DNA of 33,683 bases, taken from Oscillospiraceae bacterium (GTDB lineage: Bacteria; Bacillota; Clostridia; Oscillospirales; Oscillospiraceae). This document shows positions 1 through 7,750 of this stretch, one piece after another; the stretch's first letter is position 1; every line of letters begins with the position of its first letter. Position numbers and translations under genes: made by a program. The notes beneath the pieces were generated by a model. The model saw only the letters and a list, made by a program, of their open reading frames with translations. It was not told the DNA's origin and made no database searches. The stretch is taken from the NCBI GenBank assembly GCA_902767395.1, contig CACXHI010000017.1:1-33683 (forward strand). The letters run 5' to 3'.

Positions 1-276
1 AATCAACCGTCCCTCATGGTCCAGCTCCTCCACGCCGACGCCGTAGGCGACGGACAGCGGCGGGTGCTTGGTGAAAACCGCCGTGCCGGAGTAGCCCTTT
101 TTCTCGGCGGAATACCAGAACTGTTGGTAGCCGGGCAGCTCCAATTCCAACTGGCCCGGCTGCATTTTTGTCTCCTGCAGGGAGAAAAAGTCCGCGTCCA
201 GCGCAGCAAAGGCTTCGGCAAAGCCCTTCCCCATGCAGGCGCGCAGGCCGTTGACGTTCCAGGAAATAAATTTCAT
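1..276 (-). CDS. xth: exodeoxyribonuclease III (first 92 codons; gene continues past the left window edge)
   Basis: Absent from the ORF track because it runs off the edge. Reverse complement from ATG 276-274 reads MKFISWNVNGLRACMGKGFAEAFAALDADFFSLQETKMQPGQLELELPGYQQFWYSAEKKGYSGTAVFTKHPPLSVAYGVGVEELDHEGRLI with no stop to base 1. The ISWNVNGLRA...FSLQETK opening is typical of the ExoIII/APE1 family. GGAGG lies 7 nt upstream of the ATG. Confidence 0.85.
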   Translation of the reverse strand, partial: MKFISWNVNGLRACMGKGFAEAFAALDADFFSLQETKMQPGQLELELPGYQQFWYSAEKKGYSGTAVFTKHPPLSVAYGVGVEELDHEGRLI

Positions 277-365
277 AGCAGTTCCTCCAAATGCTTTTTC
301 GCCGTTATCCTATCATATTTTCCTCCGAAACGCAACGAGTTCTGCGCAATTGTGTGAAAATATGG

Positions 366-394
366 TTGTAAAACGGTGGGGTCTGTGTTACAAT
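366..394 (+). promoter_or_regulatory. sigma-A-like promoter for uppP (TTGTAA-N17-TACAAT with TGn extended -10)
   Basis: TTGTAA at 366-371, 17-nt spacer, TG at 386-387, TACAAT at 389-394, about 45 nt upstream of the uppP start. Motif match only. Confidence 0.45.
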
Positions 395-438
395 AACCAA
401 ACGGGGCAAATCCGAACGGCCCCGCCAGAAAGGAGTCG

Positions 439-1278
439 GTGCGTTTGAATTTGTCCCTGCTTGAATTGTTGAAGGTCGTGTTTCTCGGGCTTGTGGAGGG
501 CATTACGGAGTGGCTTCCGGTCAGCTCCACGGGGCACATGCTGTTGGTGGATGAATTTCTTCGGCTCGATGCCTCGGACGCCTTCAAGGAGATGTTTTTC
601 GTCGTCATCCAGCTCGGGGCGATTCTTGCCGTGGTGGTGCTGTTCTGGAATCAGCTATGGCCCTTTGCCAGAAGGCCCGAGGGCGGCGTGCTGCTGAAGC
701 AGAAGACAGTCTCCCTCTGGTGCAAGGTCGTGGTGGCCTGCATTCCGGGGGCGGTTGCCGCCCTGCTGCTGGACGATTACATAGACGCCCATCTCTCGAC
801 CCCGGCTGTGATCGCGGCGGCGCTGATCGTCTATGGCGTGGGCTTCCTTGTGGTGGAGCGCTGGAATCGAAGCCGGGCGCCGCGCGTCGGGAATGTGGAG
901 GACATCTCCTATCCGGTTGCGCTGGGCATTGGCCTGTTTCAGGTGCTGTCCATTATTCCCGGCACGTCCCGTTCCGGTGCGACCATCATCGGCGCGCTGA
1001 TTCTGGGAGTGGCGCGGCCGGCGGCTGCGGCGTTTACCTTCCATCTGGCGGTTCCGGTCATGTTCGGCCTGAGCTTTCTCAAGCTGGTCAAATTCGGTCT
1101 GCACTTCACCGGGCAGGAGCTGATGATTCTGCTGGTCGGCATGGCGGTGGCCTTTGCGGTCTCCATGGCGGTGATCCGCTTCCTGATGGCCTACATTCGC
1201 AAGCACGGCTTTGAAATCTTCGGATATTACCGGATCCTTTTGGGAATCCTGATTCTGGCATATTTTTTAATTCTGTAA
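439..1278 (+). CDS. uppP: undecaprenyl-diphosphate phosphatase (BacA/UppP)
   Basis: 279-aa polytopic membrane ORF with the UppP signature GLVEGITEWLPVSSTGHM near the N-terminus and PGTSRSGATI in the second half. AAAGGAG lies upstream. Start is GTG 439, or alternatively TTG 445. TAA stop. Confidence 0.9.
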   Translation: MRLNLSLLELLKVVFLGLVEGITEWLPVSSTGHMLLVDEFLRLDASDAFKEMFFVVIQLGAILAVVVLFWNQLWPFARRPEGGVLLKQKTVSLWCKVVVACIPGAVAALLLDDYIDAHLSTPAVIAAALIVYGVGFLVVERWNRSRAPRVGNVEDISYPVALGIGLFQVLSIIPGTSRSGATIIGALILGVARPAAAAFTFHLAVPVMFGLSFLKLVKFGLHFTGQELMILLVGMAVAFAVSMAVIRFLMAYIRKHGFEIFGYYRILLGILILAYFLIL

Positions 1279-1292
1279 AGAGGTAGAAAACT

Positions 1293-2111
1293 ATGAGCGA
1301 TTGCACACACGATTGTTCCACCTGCGGGCAGGACTGCGCCTCCCGCTCCGAGGAAAGCCTTCTGGCAAAGCTGAACCCGAAGTCCAAGGTTCGTAAGGTC
1401 TATGCTGTCGTCTCCGGCAAGGGCGGCGTCGGCAAGTCCACCGTCACCTCCATGCTGGCGGTTGCCATGCAGAAGCGCGGCCACCGCACCGCCATTCTGG
1501 ACGCGGACATCACCGGACCTTCCATCCCCAAGGCCTTTGCGCTGGACTCCACGGACGCCTATGAGGACGGTCTGCTGGCGCCTGCCGTCACCCGCACGGG
1601 CATTCAGGTCATGTCTCTGAACCTTCTGCTCGAGAGCGAGACGGCCCCCGTCGTCTGGCGCGGCCCCGTGCTGGCCGGTGCGGTCAAGCAGTTTTGGACG
1701 GACGTGTACTGGGATAACGTGGACTATATGTTCGTCGATATGCCTCCCGGTACCGGCGACGTCCCCCTGACCGTATTCCAGAGCCTTCCCATCGACGGGA
1801 TCATCCTTGTGACCACCCCGCAGGATCTGGTTTCCATGATCGTCGCCAAGGCGGTCGAAATGGCGAATCTGATGCACCTGCCGATCTTCGGAATTGTCGA
1901 GAACTACGCATGGATGACCTGCCCCGACTGCGGCAGAAAGATCGAGGTCTTCGGCAGAAGTCACGTCGAGGAGATGGCCGCCAAGTACGACCTGCCGGTT
2001 CTGGCCCGACTGCCCATCGATCCCAAGGTTGCGGGCTTCATGGACGCCGGCGAGGCCGAGAGCGTTGACACCGCAGATCTGGAGGATGCAGTCAATCTGC
2101 TGGCGAGATAA
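1293..2111 (+). CDS. Mrp/NBP35/ApbC-family ATP-binding Fe-S cluster carrier
   Basis: 272 aa. Cys-rich N-terminus (CTHDCSTCGQDC), deviant Walker A SGKGGVGKST, and a CPDCG motif late in the protein, all typical of Mrp/ApbC. SD aaagagg upstream. Confidence 0.9.
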   Translation: MSDCTHDCSTCGQDCASRSEESLLAKLNPKSKVRKVYAVVSGKGGVGKSTVTSMLAVAMQKRGHRTAILDADITGPSIPKAFALDSTDAYEDGLLAPAVTRTGIQVMSLNLLLESETAPVVWRGPVLAGAVKQFWTDVYWDNVDYMFVDMPPGTGDVPLTVFQSLPIDGIILVTTPQDLVSMIVAKAVEMANLMHLPIFGIVENYAWMTCPDCGRKIEVFGRSHVEEMAAKYDLPVLARLPIDPKVAGFMDAGEAESVDTADLEDAVNLLAR

Positions 2112-2125
2112 TGCAATCTGCGTAA

Positions 2126-2163
2126 AACAACAGGGAACGGAGCCGACTCCGTTCCCTGTTGTT
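2126..2163. terminator. hairpin between convergent genes (bidirectional terminator candidate)
   Basis: AACAACAGGGAACGGAG / CCGA loop / CTCCGTTCCCTGTTGTT gives a perfect 17-bp stem between the mrp stop (2111) and the barstar stop (2163-2165). Confidence 0.7.
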
Positions 2164-2426
2164 TACTTGCGCAGAAGCTTGACGTGACCGCTCTCGGCGG
2201 CGTCTTCCAGCATTCGCAGAAAGCGCTCTGCGTAGTCCCCGAGGCGCTGCGTCAAAAGCGCTTCGTTCTTAATGATCAGGATTCGATCCTTGCCGGGGGT
2301 CGTCAGCGCGTCATAAACCGCATCGAGATTTCTGCCGCAGTCCTCTGAGAGGCACAGCTTCGTCCGCAGAAGGGTGTGAAGGCTCTCCCGGTCTGTGACC
2401 CATTTTCCGTTGATTGTCGCGCGCAT
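2163..2426 (-). CDS. barstar-family ribonuclease inhibitor
   Basis: Small acidic ORF (MRATINGKWVTDRESLHTLLRTKLCLSEDCGRNLDAVYDALT...) with the barstar pattern (NLDALWD-like NLDAVYDAL), directly downstream of a barnase homolog. The track start at 2432 is a TTG. ATG 2426 sits 7 nt after AAGGAGG and is preferred. Confidence 0.8.
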   Translation of the reverse strand: MRATINGKWVTDRESLHTLLRTKLCLSEDCGRNLDAVYDALTTPGKDRILIIKNEALLTQRLGDYAERFLRMLEDAAESGHVKLLRK

Positions 2427-2428
2427 GG

Positions 2429-3049
2429 TCAATCCTCCTTTGGATAGAGCCGCTCAAAGCTCTCATAATGGTCGGCGGTGTAGTAGATCAGCCCGTCGTT
2501 GGAAAAAATGATCCGTTTTGCGCCCCGGCTCTTCGCGCCAAGGGTGTCAACGTCGCACTCCGTCCACTTGCGGTTCTTCGCGTCCGGCAGCCGTCCCTCG
2601 TAGTTGCCAAAGCGGTTGCCGCCGATACACTTCCCGGCAGCGTAGGGCTCCAACGCGCCGCCGGGCCAGCCCAACGCTTCGGCCTGCTGCTTGGTGATGT
2701 AGTTGGAGGGCAGATGCCCGTAGAGGTGGATGTAGAGGGCGACTTCCTCCTTGCTGTCATAGACGCCGTCCTCCGTGACGGTCAGACCCGGCTCCGTCGA
2801 CGCTGCGGCGGTCGTCACGGCATCTGTGGGGGCAGTGGTCTGCTCCGGGCGCTGGGCAGAGGCGTCCGTGGCGGCCTCCGTGGAAGCGAAAGACGCAGCA
2901 ATCTCCGTCTGCGGGCTTTGCGTGGAGGGTGTGGGAGCCTTGGTGACAATGGAAATGTCGATTTCCGCTTCCGTGGGGGTGGCGCGGGGGCAGCCGGTCA
3001 GACCGACCAGAACCAGCACCGACAGCAGCAGACAGAGCAAACGTTTCAT
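2429..3049 (-). CDS. barnase-family (guanyl-specific, N1/T1-type) secreted ribonuclease, predicted lipoprotein
   Basis: The C-terminal roughly 110 aa (VALYIHLYGHLPSNYITKQQAEALGW...GGNRFGNYEGRLP...RKWTECDVD...RIIFSNDGLIYYTADHYESFERLY) follow barnase, including the catalytic Glu (TECD) and His (DHY). Preferred start is ATG 3049 (AAGAGG SD), giving MKRLLCLLLSVLVLVGLTGC with lipobox LTGC, then a roughly 90-aa T/A/E/P-rich linker. The track ORF extends to 3130 with no better SD. Confidence 0.85.
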   Translation of the reverse strand: MKRLLCLLLSVLVLVGLTGCPRATPTEAEIDISIVTKAPTPSTQSPQTEIAASFASTEAATDASAQRPEQTTAPTDAVTTAAASTEPGLTVTEDGVYDSKEEVALYIHLYGHLPSNYITKQQAEALGWPGGALEPYAAGKCIGGNRFGNYEGRLPDAKNRKWTECDVDTLGAKSRGAKRIIFSNDGLIYYTADHYESFERLYPKED

Positions 3050-3080
3050 TGCAATCGCCTCTTTTTTGTTTGATATCCCT

Positions 3081-3109
3081 ATTATAGCAATCCGAACCGC
3101 TGTTTGCAA
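3081..3109 (-). promoter_or_regulatory. sigma-A-like promoter for the barnase-barstar pair (TTGCAA-N17-TATAAT)
   Basis: On the minus strand: TTGCAA (3109-3104), 17-nt spacer, consensus TATAAT (3086-3081), about 30 nt upstream of the barnase ATG. Confidence 0.55.
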
Positions 3110-3138
3110 GAAAGTTTCGTTTTTTTGCAAAAAAAGCT

Positions 3139-3166
3139 TTGCAAATACAAGAGATTGTGGTACAAT
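3139..3166 (+). promoter_or_regulatory. distal sigma-A-like promoter upstream of spo0A (TTGCAA-N16-TACAAT, TGn extended -10)
   Basis: TTGCAA 3139-3144, TG 3158-3159, TACAAT 3161-3166, about 250 nt upstream of the spo0A ATG. Confidence 0.5.
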
Positions 3167-3224
3167 ACCAGAGGATCACAAAATATTGAATTCTGCCGGA
3201 ACCGCACATCTTCCGACTGTTTTT

Positions 3225-3283
3225 TTCGACTGGGTTCGACAAAAGCTGACCGAATCCGACGGAATTCTTCACAAAAAGTCGAA
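3225..3283. promoter_or_regulatory. cluster of Spo0A-box-like heptamers (TGNCGAA / TTCGNCA)
   Basis: TTCGACT 3225-3231, TTCGACA 3235-3241 (exact reverse complement of TGTCGAA; the two are 10 bp apart) and AGTCGAA 3277-3283. Weaker TCCGAC variants occur at 3212 and 3255. The cluster lies between the two promoter-like elements. Confidence 0.5.
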
Positions 3284-3323
3284 AAATGGGGTAAAAAACA
3301 GGGTTAAACCTGGGTTTTTATTC

Positions 3324-3352
3324 TTGAAAAGTTCGGAATTTTGTGATAAATT
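3324..3352 (+). promoter_or_regulatory. proximal promoter-like element upstream of spo0A
   Basis: TTGAAA 3324-3329, 17-nt spacer, TAAATT 3347-3352. A GAAT (3336-3339) in the spacer could alternatively belong to a sigma-H-type -10. Weak motif evidence. Confidence 0.3.
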
Positions 3353-3412
3353 AGATTCGCTGAACAGAGAGATAGCAGCGAATCCCACACAGGTAAGGAG
3401 AGGAAACGAACA

Positions 3413-4186
3413 ATGGAAAAACGCACGACCGTCCTGGTCGCGGACGGAAGCGAGGAGTTCTGCGCACAGCTTTCCGGCGCGCTTCAAAACGGAGGGTATC
3501 AGGTGGTGGGGACGGCTGCCGATGGAAATTCCGCCATAGAGCAGATTCGAGCCGCAGCCCCGGAGGTGGTGGTTCTGGATTTGATGCTGCCCAAGGCGGA
3601 CGGAATCACGGTTCTCAAGTCGCTGCCCCGGGAGGGGCGTCCCAAGATCCTGCTGCTTTCCGCGTTTGCGACGGATTACGTCGCCACTGCTGCGGTTGCG
3701 GCTGGGGCGGATTATCTGATGCTCAAGCCCTGTTCGGCGCAGACCGTCGCGCTGCGGGTAGGGGAAATCTTAGAGGCCGAGCGCGCTGCCGCCAACAAAC
3801 GGCAGAGTCAGGCGCCCGACATCGAGACGCTGGTGACAAACGTGATCCACGAGATTGGCGTCCCTGCTCACATTAAGGGCTACCAATATCTGCGGGAGGC
3901 CATCATTATTGCCGTTGGTGATATGGAGGTCATCAACGCGATTACGAAGGTGCTCTATCCGCAGGTCGCTAAGACCTTCTGCACGACGCCCTCCCGTGTC
4001 GAGCGGGCGATCCGTCACGCAATCGAGGTGGCGTGGGATCGGGGCGATTTGGACACGCTCCAGCGCTTCTTCGGCTATACCGTGTCCAATACCAAGGGCA
4101 AGCCCACCAACAGCGAGTTCATTGCCCTGATTGCCGATCGGCTCCAGCTTCAGCTCCGCAGCAGCGGGATGAAGGCGGCCCGGTAA
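3413..4186 (+). CDS. spo0A: sporulation master regulator Spo0A (response regulator with Spo0A-specific DNA-binding domain)
   Basis: 257 aa. Receiver domain with the phospho-acceptor context [13 protein letters not shown]. The C-terminal domain carries Spo0A-specific blocks [49 protein letters not shown] and [21 protein letters not shown] upstream. Confidence 0.95.
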   Translation: MEKRTTVLVADGSEEFCAQLSGALQNGGYQVVGTAADGNSAIEQIRAAAPEVVVLDLMLPKADGITVLKSLPREGRPKILLLSAFATDYVATAAVAAGADYLMLKPCSAQTVALRVGEILEAERAAANKRQSQAPDIETLVTNVIHEIGVPAHIKGYQYLREAIIIAVGDMEVINAITKVLYPQVAKTFCTTPSRVERAIRHAIEVAWDRGDLDTLQRFFGYTVSNTKGKPTNSEFIALIADRLQLQLRSSGMKAAR

Positions 4187-4200
4187 AATGCAGATTACGC

Positions 4201-4240
4201 ATCGGCACCCGCGTTTCGGTTTTGAAACGCGGGTGCCGAT
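4201..4240. terminator. hairpin between convergent spo0A and the LCP gene
   Basis: ATCGGCACCCGCGTTTC / GGTTTT / GAAACGCGGGTGCCGAT, a perfect 17-bp stem followed by a T-rich tract (acgtttgtt). Confidence 0.75.
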
Positions 4241-4261
4241 ACGTTTGTTGGCAGCTTTGAA

Positions 4262-5416
4262 TCAGTCCGCTCGGGTGTAGAAGACCTGAAGCACGGCCTC
4301 AAAAAGGTCGGTTTCGTCGAGATAATAGATCGTACTGCCGTTGTATTTCTCGAAGGAGCCCTGCACCGTGCGAAGGTTGAACTGTGCGCCGTGACTGAGA
4401 AAGACGGAGCTGAGGAAGGTCACGTCGGGAATGTCCAGATTGGTCACGATATAAGGCGACAGGACGGAGAACAGATCCACGGGGAAGGTGAGCTTCTGCT
4501 TCGTGCGTGCGACAGCCAGCTTCGTGAATTCCTGAAGATATTGCTTCTGCCGCTCCATTCGCTTTGCGTTGGCGTCAATGTCGCCGGTTCTGGAGCGGAT
4601 ATAGCGATCTAAACCGTAGCCATGAAGCTCCACCAAATCGCCCTGCTTGACTTTGGTACCGTCCGAAAGACGAAAATCAGTGAGCGATTTCACGGTAACG
4701 CCGCCCACAATCTCATTCGCCTCCGTGATTCCGTCCATGTCGATGGACAGATACGCGCTGATCGGAAGACCGAAGAGCAGGCGGGAAACAGCGCGGACGG
4801 TGTTCTCGCAGCTCGTCTCCCGCCCGTTGCCATAGGCGTAGGCGAGCGTGATCTGTTCAAACCGCGTGCCGAGGAAGCGGTTGCCGATCGAGTAGACGTC
4901 CACCTCAGCGTTGGTCTCCCGGGAAATCTCCAGCAGATTTGTCTCGCCGGTGACGGTGTCCAACCCCGCCAGCAGGATGACGTCGGACTGACCGCCGTTG
5001 CCCGGAAGCGTTTCATTTTGAACGGTGCGGTCAATGCCCAGCAGCAGAACCGTCGTGAGGTTGCGATTGAGCTCATAGACGTGCCCCTGATACACGACGG
5101 TGGTGCCGTTGTTCAGGCTTAAGATGTATTCCTCAGCCGCCGCACCGTCGGGAACCTCCGTCAAAATGGGGATGGACTGGGCCCCGCGCGCGATGGAGGT
5201 GCCGAAATCAACCTTTTGAACGTCGCCATACACCAGCATCCGTCCGCCGCCCAGAAGAACGTCCGCATAGGTCAGCAGCTTGATCGCTTCCGTCCCGATT
5301 CGGGCAAGCACGAGAAGTAGCAGGACGGCAATCGCGGCGCTTCGGGCAGAACGGCGGGGTTGCCTGTCGGCAGTCTGCGCTTCAAATCGACCTCTATTTT
5401 GTTGGCGCATCGTCAA
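4262..5416 (-). CDS. LCP (LytR-CpsA-Psr) family cell-wall polymer transferase
   Basis: 384 aa. Basic N-terminus plus one TM helix, then LCP blocks LLLGIDR...GQSDVILLAGLD and AYLSIDMDG. The start is TTG 5416 (6 nt after AAGGAG) or ATG 5410. It overlaps the sortase stop by about 20 nt. Confidence 0.85.
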   Translation of the reverse strand: MTMRQQNRGRFEAQTADRQPRRSARSAAIAVLLLLVLARIGTEAIKLLTYADVLLGGGRMLVYGDVQKVDFGTSIARGAQSIPILTEVPDGAAAEEYILSLNNGTTVVYQGHVYELNRNLTTVLLLGIDRTVQNETLPGNGGQSDVILLAGLDTVTGETNLLEISRETNAEVDVYSIGNRFLGTRFEQITLAYAYGNGRETSCENTVRAVSRLLFGLPISAYLSIDMDGITEANEIVGGVTVKSLTDFRLSDGTKVKQGDLVELHGYGLDRYIRSRTGDIDANAKRMERQKQYLQEFTKLAVARTKQKLTFPVDLFSVLSPYIVTNLDIPDVTFLSSVFLSHGAQFNLRTVQGSFEKYNGSTIYYLDETDLFEAVLQVFYTRAD

Positions 5417-6272
5417 TCAGCACTCCTTGAATCAGATAGCGGCTGGCGCCGTGTTCGAGACAGGTGCTCAACACCACCAGCTTGTCCTCTGTCGTCACCT
5501 CGACGTCCTTTCGGACGGAACGGATCATGGACTTCGGCTCCAGAATATAGTTTTGAATCCAGTTTTGATACACGCGGTCATCCGAAAAATCGAAGCTGTT
5601 GAGCAGATGCCGCGTGTCAAACTGAATCGCGGCTGCGATTCGATAGGTCAGAAGGTGGCCCGGCGTGTAAATGTAGAAGAACTCATGCTTGTCGAAGAAG
5701 TCGGCGTCTCGGAAGTAGACCAAATTGGAAAACATCGTCCCGTCAAGCATATTATGTCCGTAAACGACGGTGACCCGATCAGAAAAATCCTTGGCGTTGG
5801 CCTTCTGTGTGTAAATACAACCCGCAAAGAGATAATTGCGGTGGATGTCCTTGTGGAGATAGAAGTTGTCGTTATCCTCCGGCCTGGACTGAAGCACGGG
5901 AAGGTCAATATCCGGTTTTTCCGGCCCCATCGGAAGGTAGATCCATGCGTAAACGTCCGGGTTGATTTCCGTCAGGGCGGCGAAGTCCACCGGATTGTCG
6001 GCCAGAGGCGGCTGAGTCGTCTCTGTGCCCGTTTCCGTCTCCGTGGCGGGCAGCGACGTGGCCTGTGCGTCCGCTGGAAGCGTTGTGGTTGCCAGCCCGG
6101 TGGTAATCGAGGGGTAGGTCGTGTGGAATTCGCTGGGATTGAGGCTTCGCTCCCACGGGCGGCGAGAGAGGACCCAATAGATTACGCTGCCGAGCAGGAG
6201 AACCAAAGACAGGACCAGCGCAATGCCCCAAAGCCGCTTGGAGCGTCTGCGTTGTTTGGAGTTGTCAGCCAT
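5394..6272 (-). CDS. srtB: class B sortase
   Basis: 292 aa. N-terminal membrane anchor, catalytic His context VVYGHNM and catalytic Cys context VVLSTC, plus a YAWIY...PVLQ opening typical of SrtB. TAG stop. Confidence 0.85.
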   Translation of the reverse strand: MADNSKQRRRSKRLWGIALVLSLVLLLGSVIYWVLSRRPWERSLNPSEFHTTYPSITTGLATTTLPADAQATSLPATETETGTETTQPPLADNPVDFAALTEINPDVYAWIYLPMGPEKPDIDLPVLQSRPEDNDNFYLHKDIHRNYLFAGCIYTQKANAKDFSDRVTVVYGHNMLDGTMFSNLVYFRDADFFDKHEFFYIYTPGHLLTYRIAAAIQFDTRHLLNSFDFSDDRVYQNWIQNYILEPKSMIRSVRKDVEVTTEDKLVVLSTCLEHGASRYLIQGVLIDDAPTK

Positions 6273-6295
6273 GGGAAAGCCGTCCTTTCTGCGTT

Positions 6296-7741
6296 TTAAT
6301 TTTTTCTCCAGATGCCTGGGGAGAGAGAAATCAGCATGGGATAAATCTCCAACCGGCCGAAGAGCATGGCAAAGGATAGCAGAACCTTGCAGACCGGCGA
6401 GTATCCGGCGTAGCTCGCAGCCGGGCCGACCAAGTTCAGGCCGGGACCGATGTTGTTGTAGCAGGCTGCGACGGCAGTAAAATTCGACACGCCGTCAAAG
6501 CCGGGCTGAAAAGAAAGCAGAAACCAGAATGCGACAAAAAGACCGACGTAAATTGCAAAATAGGTGCTGACGCTGATCAGCGTGCTGCTGTCCACCGGCC
6601 TGCCTTCAAAGCGCACCGAGGTCACGGCGCGGGGATGCAGAAGGTGGCGAATCTCCCGCCGAAAGGTCTTGAACAGCAATACCAGCCGCGACACCTTGAG
6701 CCCGCCTGCGGTGGAGCCGGCGCACGCGCCGATGAACATCAAAAGAACAAGAAGCATCCGGGACAGGGTTGGCCACGTGTCGAAGTTCGCGGTGGAATAG
6801 CCGGTCGTCGAGGAGATCGTGGTGACCTGGAAAAAGGCGTGCCGCAGGGATTCGGAGAAGCTGGGAAACAGCGGGCGGATGTTCCAGCAGATCAACCCGG
6901 TGGCGACGAGCACGATCCCCACGTAGGTCCACAGCTCCTCGCTGCGGAAGGCGGCCCGGAACCGCCGCATGATGAGCAGAAAAAAGAGGTTGAAATTGAT
7001 GCCGAAGAGCATCATAAACACCGCAATCACCCATTGGAGGTAGGGACTGTACCCGGCAAGCGAGTCGGCTTTGATTCCGAACCCGCCGGTGCCCGCGGTG
7101 CCGAAGGTGTGAACGGCGCTGTCAAACAGCGGCATTCCGCCTGCGACCAGAAGCAAAAACTCCAGAACGGTCAGGGCAATGTAGAGCAGATAGAGCAGCT
7201 TTGCGGTATCTCCGAGCTTGGGCGAGAGCTTGCCCATGGTGGGCCCGGGCATTTCCGCGCGCAGGATATGAATGGTCCGCCCGGAGAGATTAGGCATGAC
7301 TGCAACCATCAGCACCAGAACCCCCATACCGCCGATCCAGTGGGTGAAGCTCCGCCAAAAGAGCATCGAGCGGCTCATGACCTCCACGTCGGTGAGAATG
7401 GAGGCGCCTGTGGTGGTGAAGCCCGAGACGGTTTCAAAGAATGCGTCCACAAAGCACGGAATCTCACCGCTGAGCACGAAGGGCAGCGCGCCCAACGCGG
7501 AGACGATGACCCACGCCAACGCAGTGATGAGAAAGCCCTCGCGGGCATAGATTACCTGACTGTCCGGGCGGAATACCTTGATGAAGAGCAAGCCAAGCCC
7601 CAGCGAGAGGGCAATCGTCAGCAGCAGGGGGAGCTGCCCCCCATCCCAGTAGTAGACCGACACCGCAAGCGGAAGGGCAAGCACTGCGCCCTCCAGCAGC
7701 AGAATGCGGCCAATCGTATAGAAGACCATTTTCCGATTCAT
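6296..7741 (-). CDS. trkH: TrkH-family K+ uptake membrane subunit
   Basis: 481-aa polytopic ORF with repeated selectivity-filter-like motifs (SGFTTTGAS, GTAGTGGFG, TTISSTTGYS, GSTAGGLK) typical of TrkH/KtrB. AGGAGG upstream. Confidence 0.9.
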   Translation of the reverse strand: MNRKMVFYTIGRILLLEGAVLALPLAVSVYYWDGGQLPLLLTIALSLGLGLLFIKVFRPDSQVIYAREGFLITALAWVIVSALGALPFVLSGEIPCFVDAFFETVSGFTTTGASILTDVEVMSRSMLFWRSFTHWIGGMGVLVLMVAVMPNLSGRTIHILRAEMPGPTMGKLSPKLGDTAKLLYLLYIALTVLEFLLLVAGGMPLFDSAVHTFGTAGTGGFGIKADSLAGYSPYLQWVIAVFMMLFGINFNLFFLLIMRRFRAAFRSEELWTYVGIVLVATGLICWNIRPLFPSFSESLRHAFFQVTTISSTTGYSTANFDTWPTLSRMLLVLLMFIGACAGSTAGGLKVSRLVLLFKTFRREIRHLLHPRAVTSVRFEGRPVDSSTLISVSTYFAIYVGLFVAFWFLLSFQPGFDGVSNFTAVAACYNNIGPGLNLVGPAASYAGYSPVCKVLLSFAMLFGRLEIYPMLISLSPGIWRKN

Positions 7742-7750
7742 GGAGGCCTC

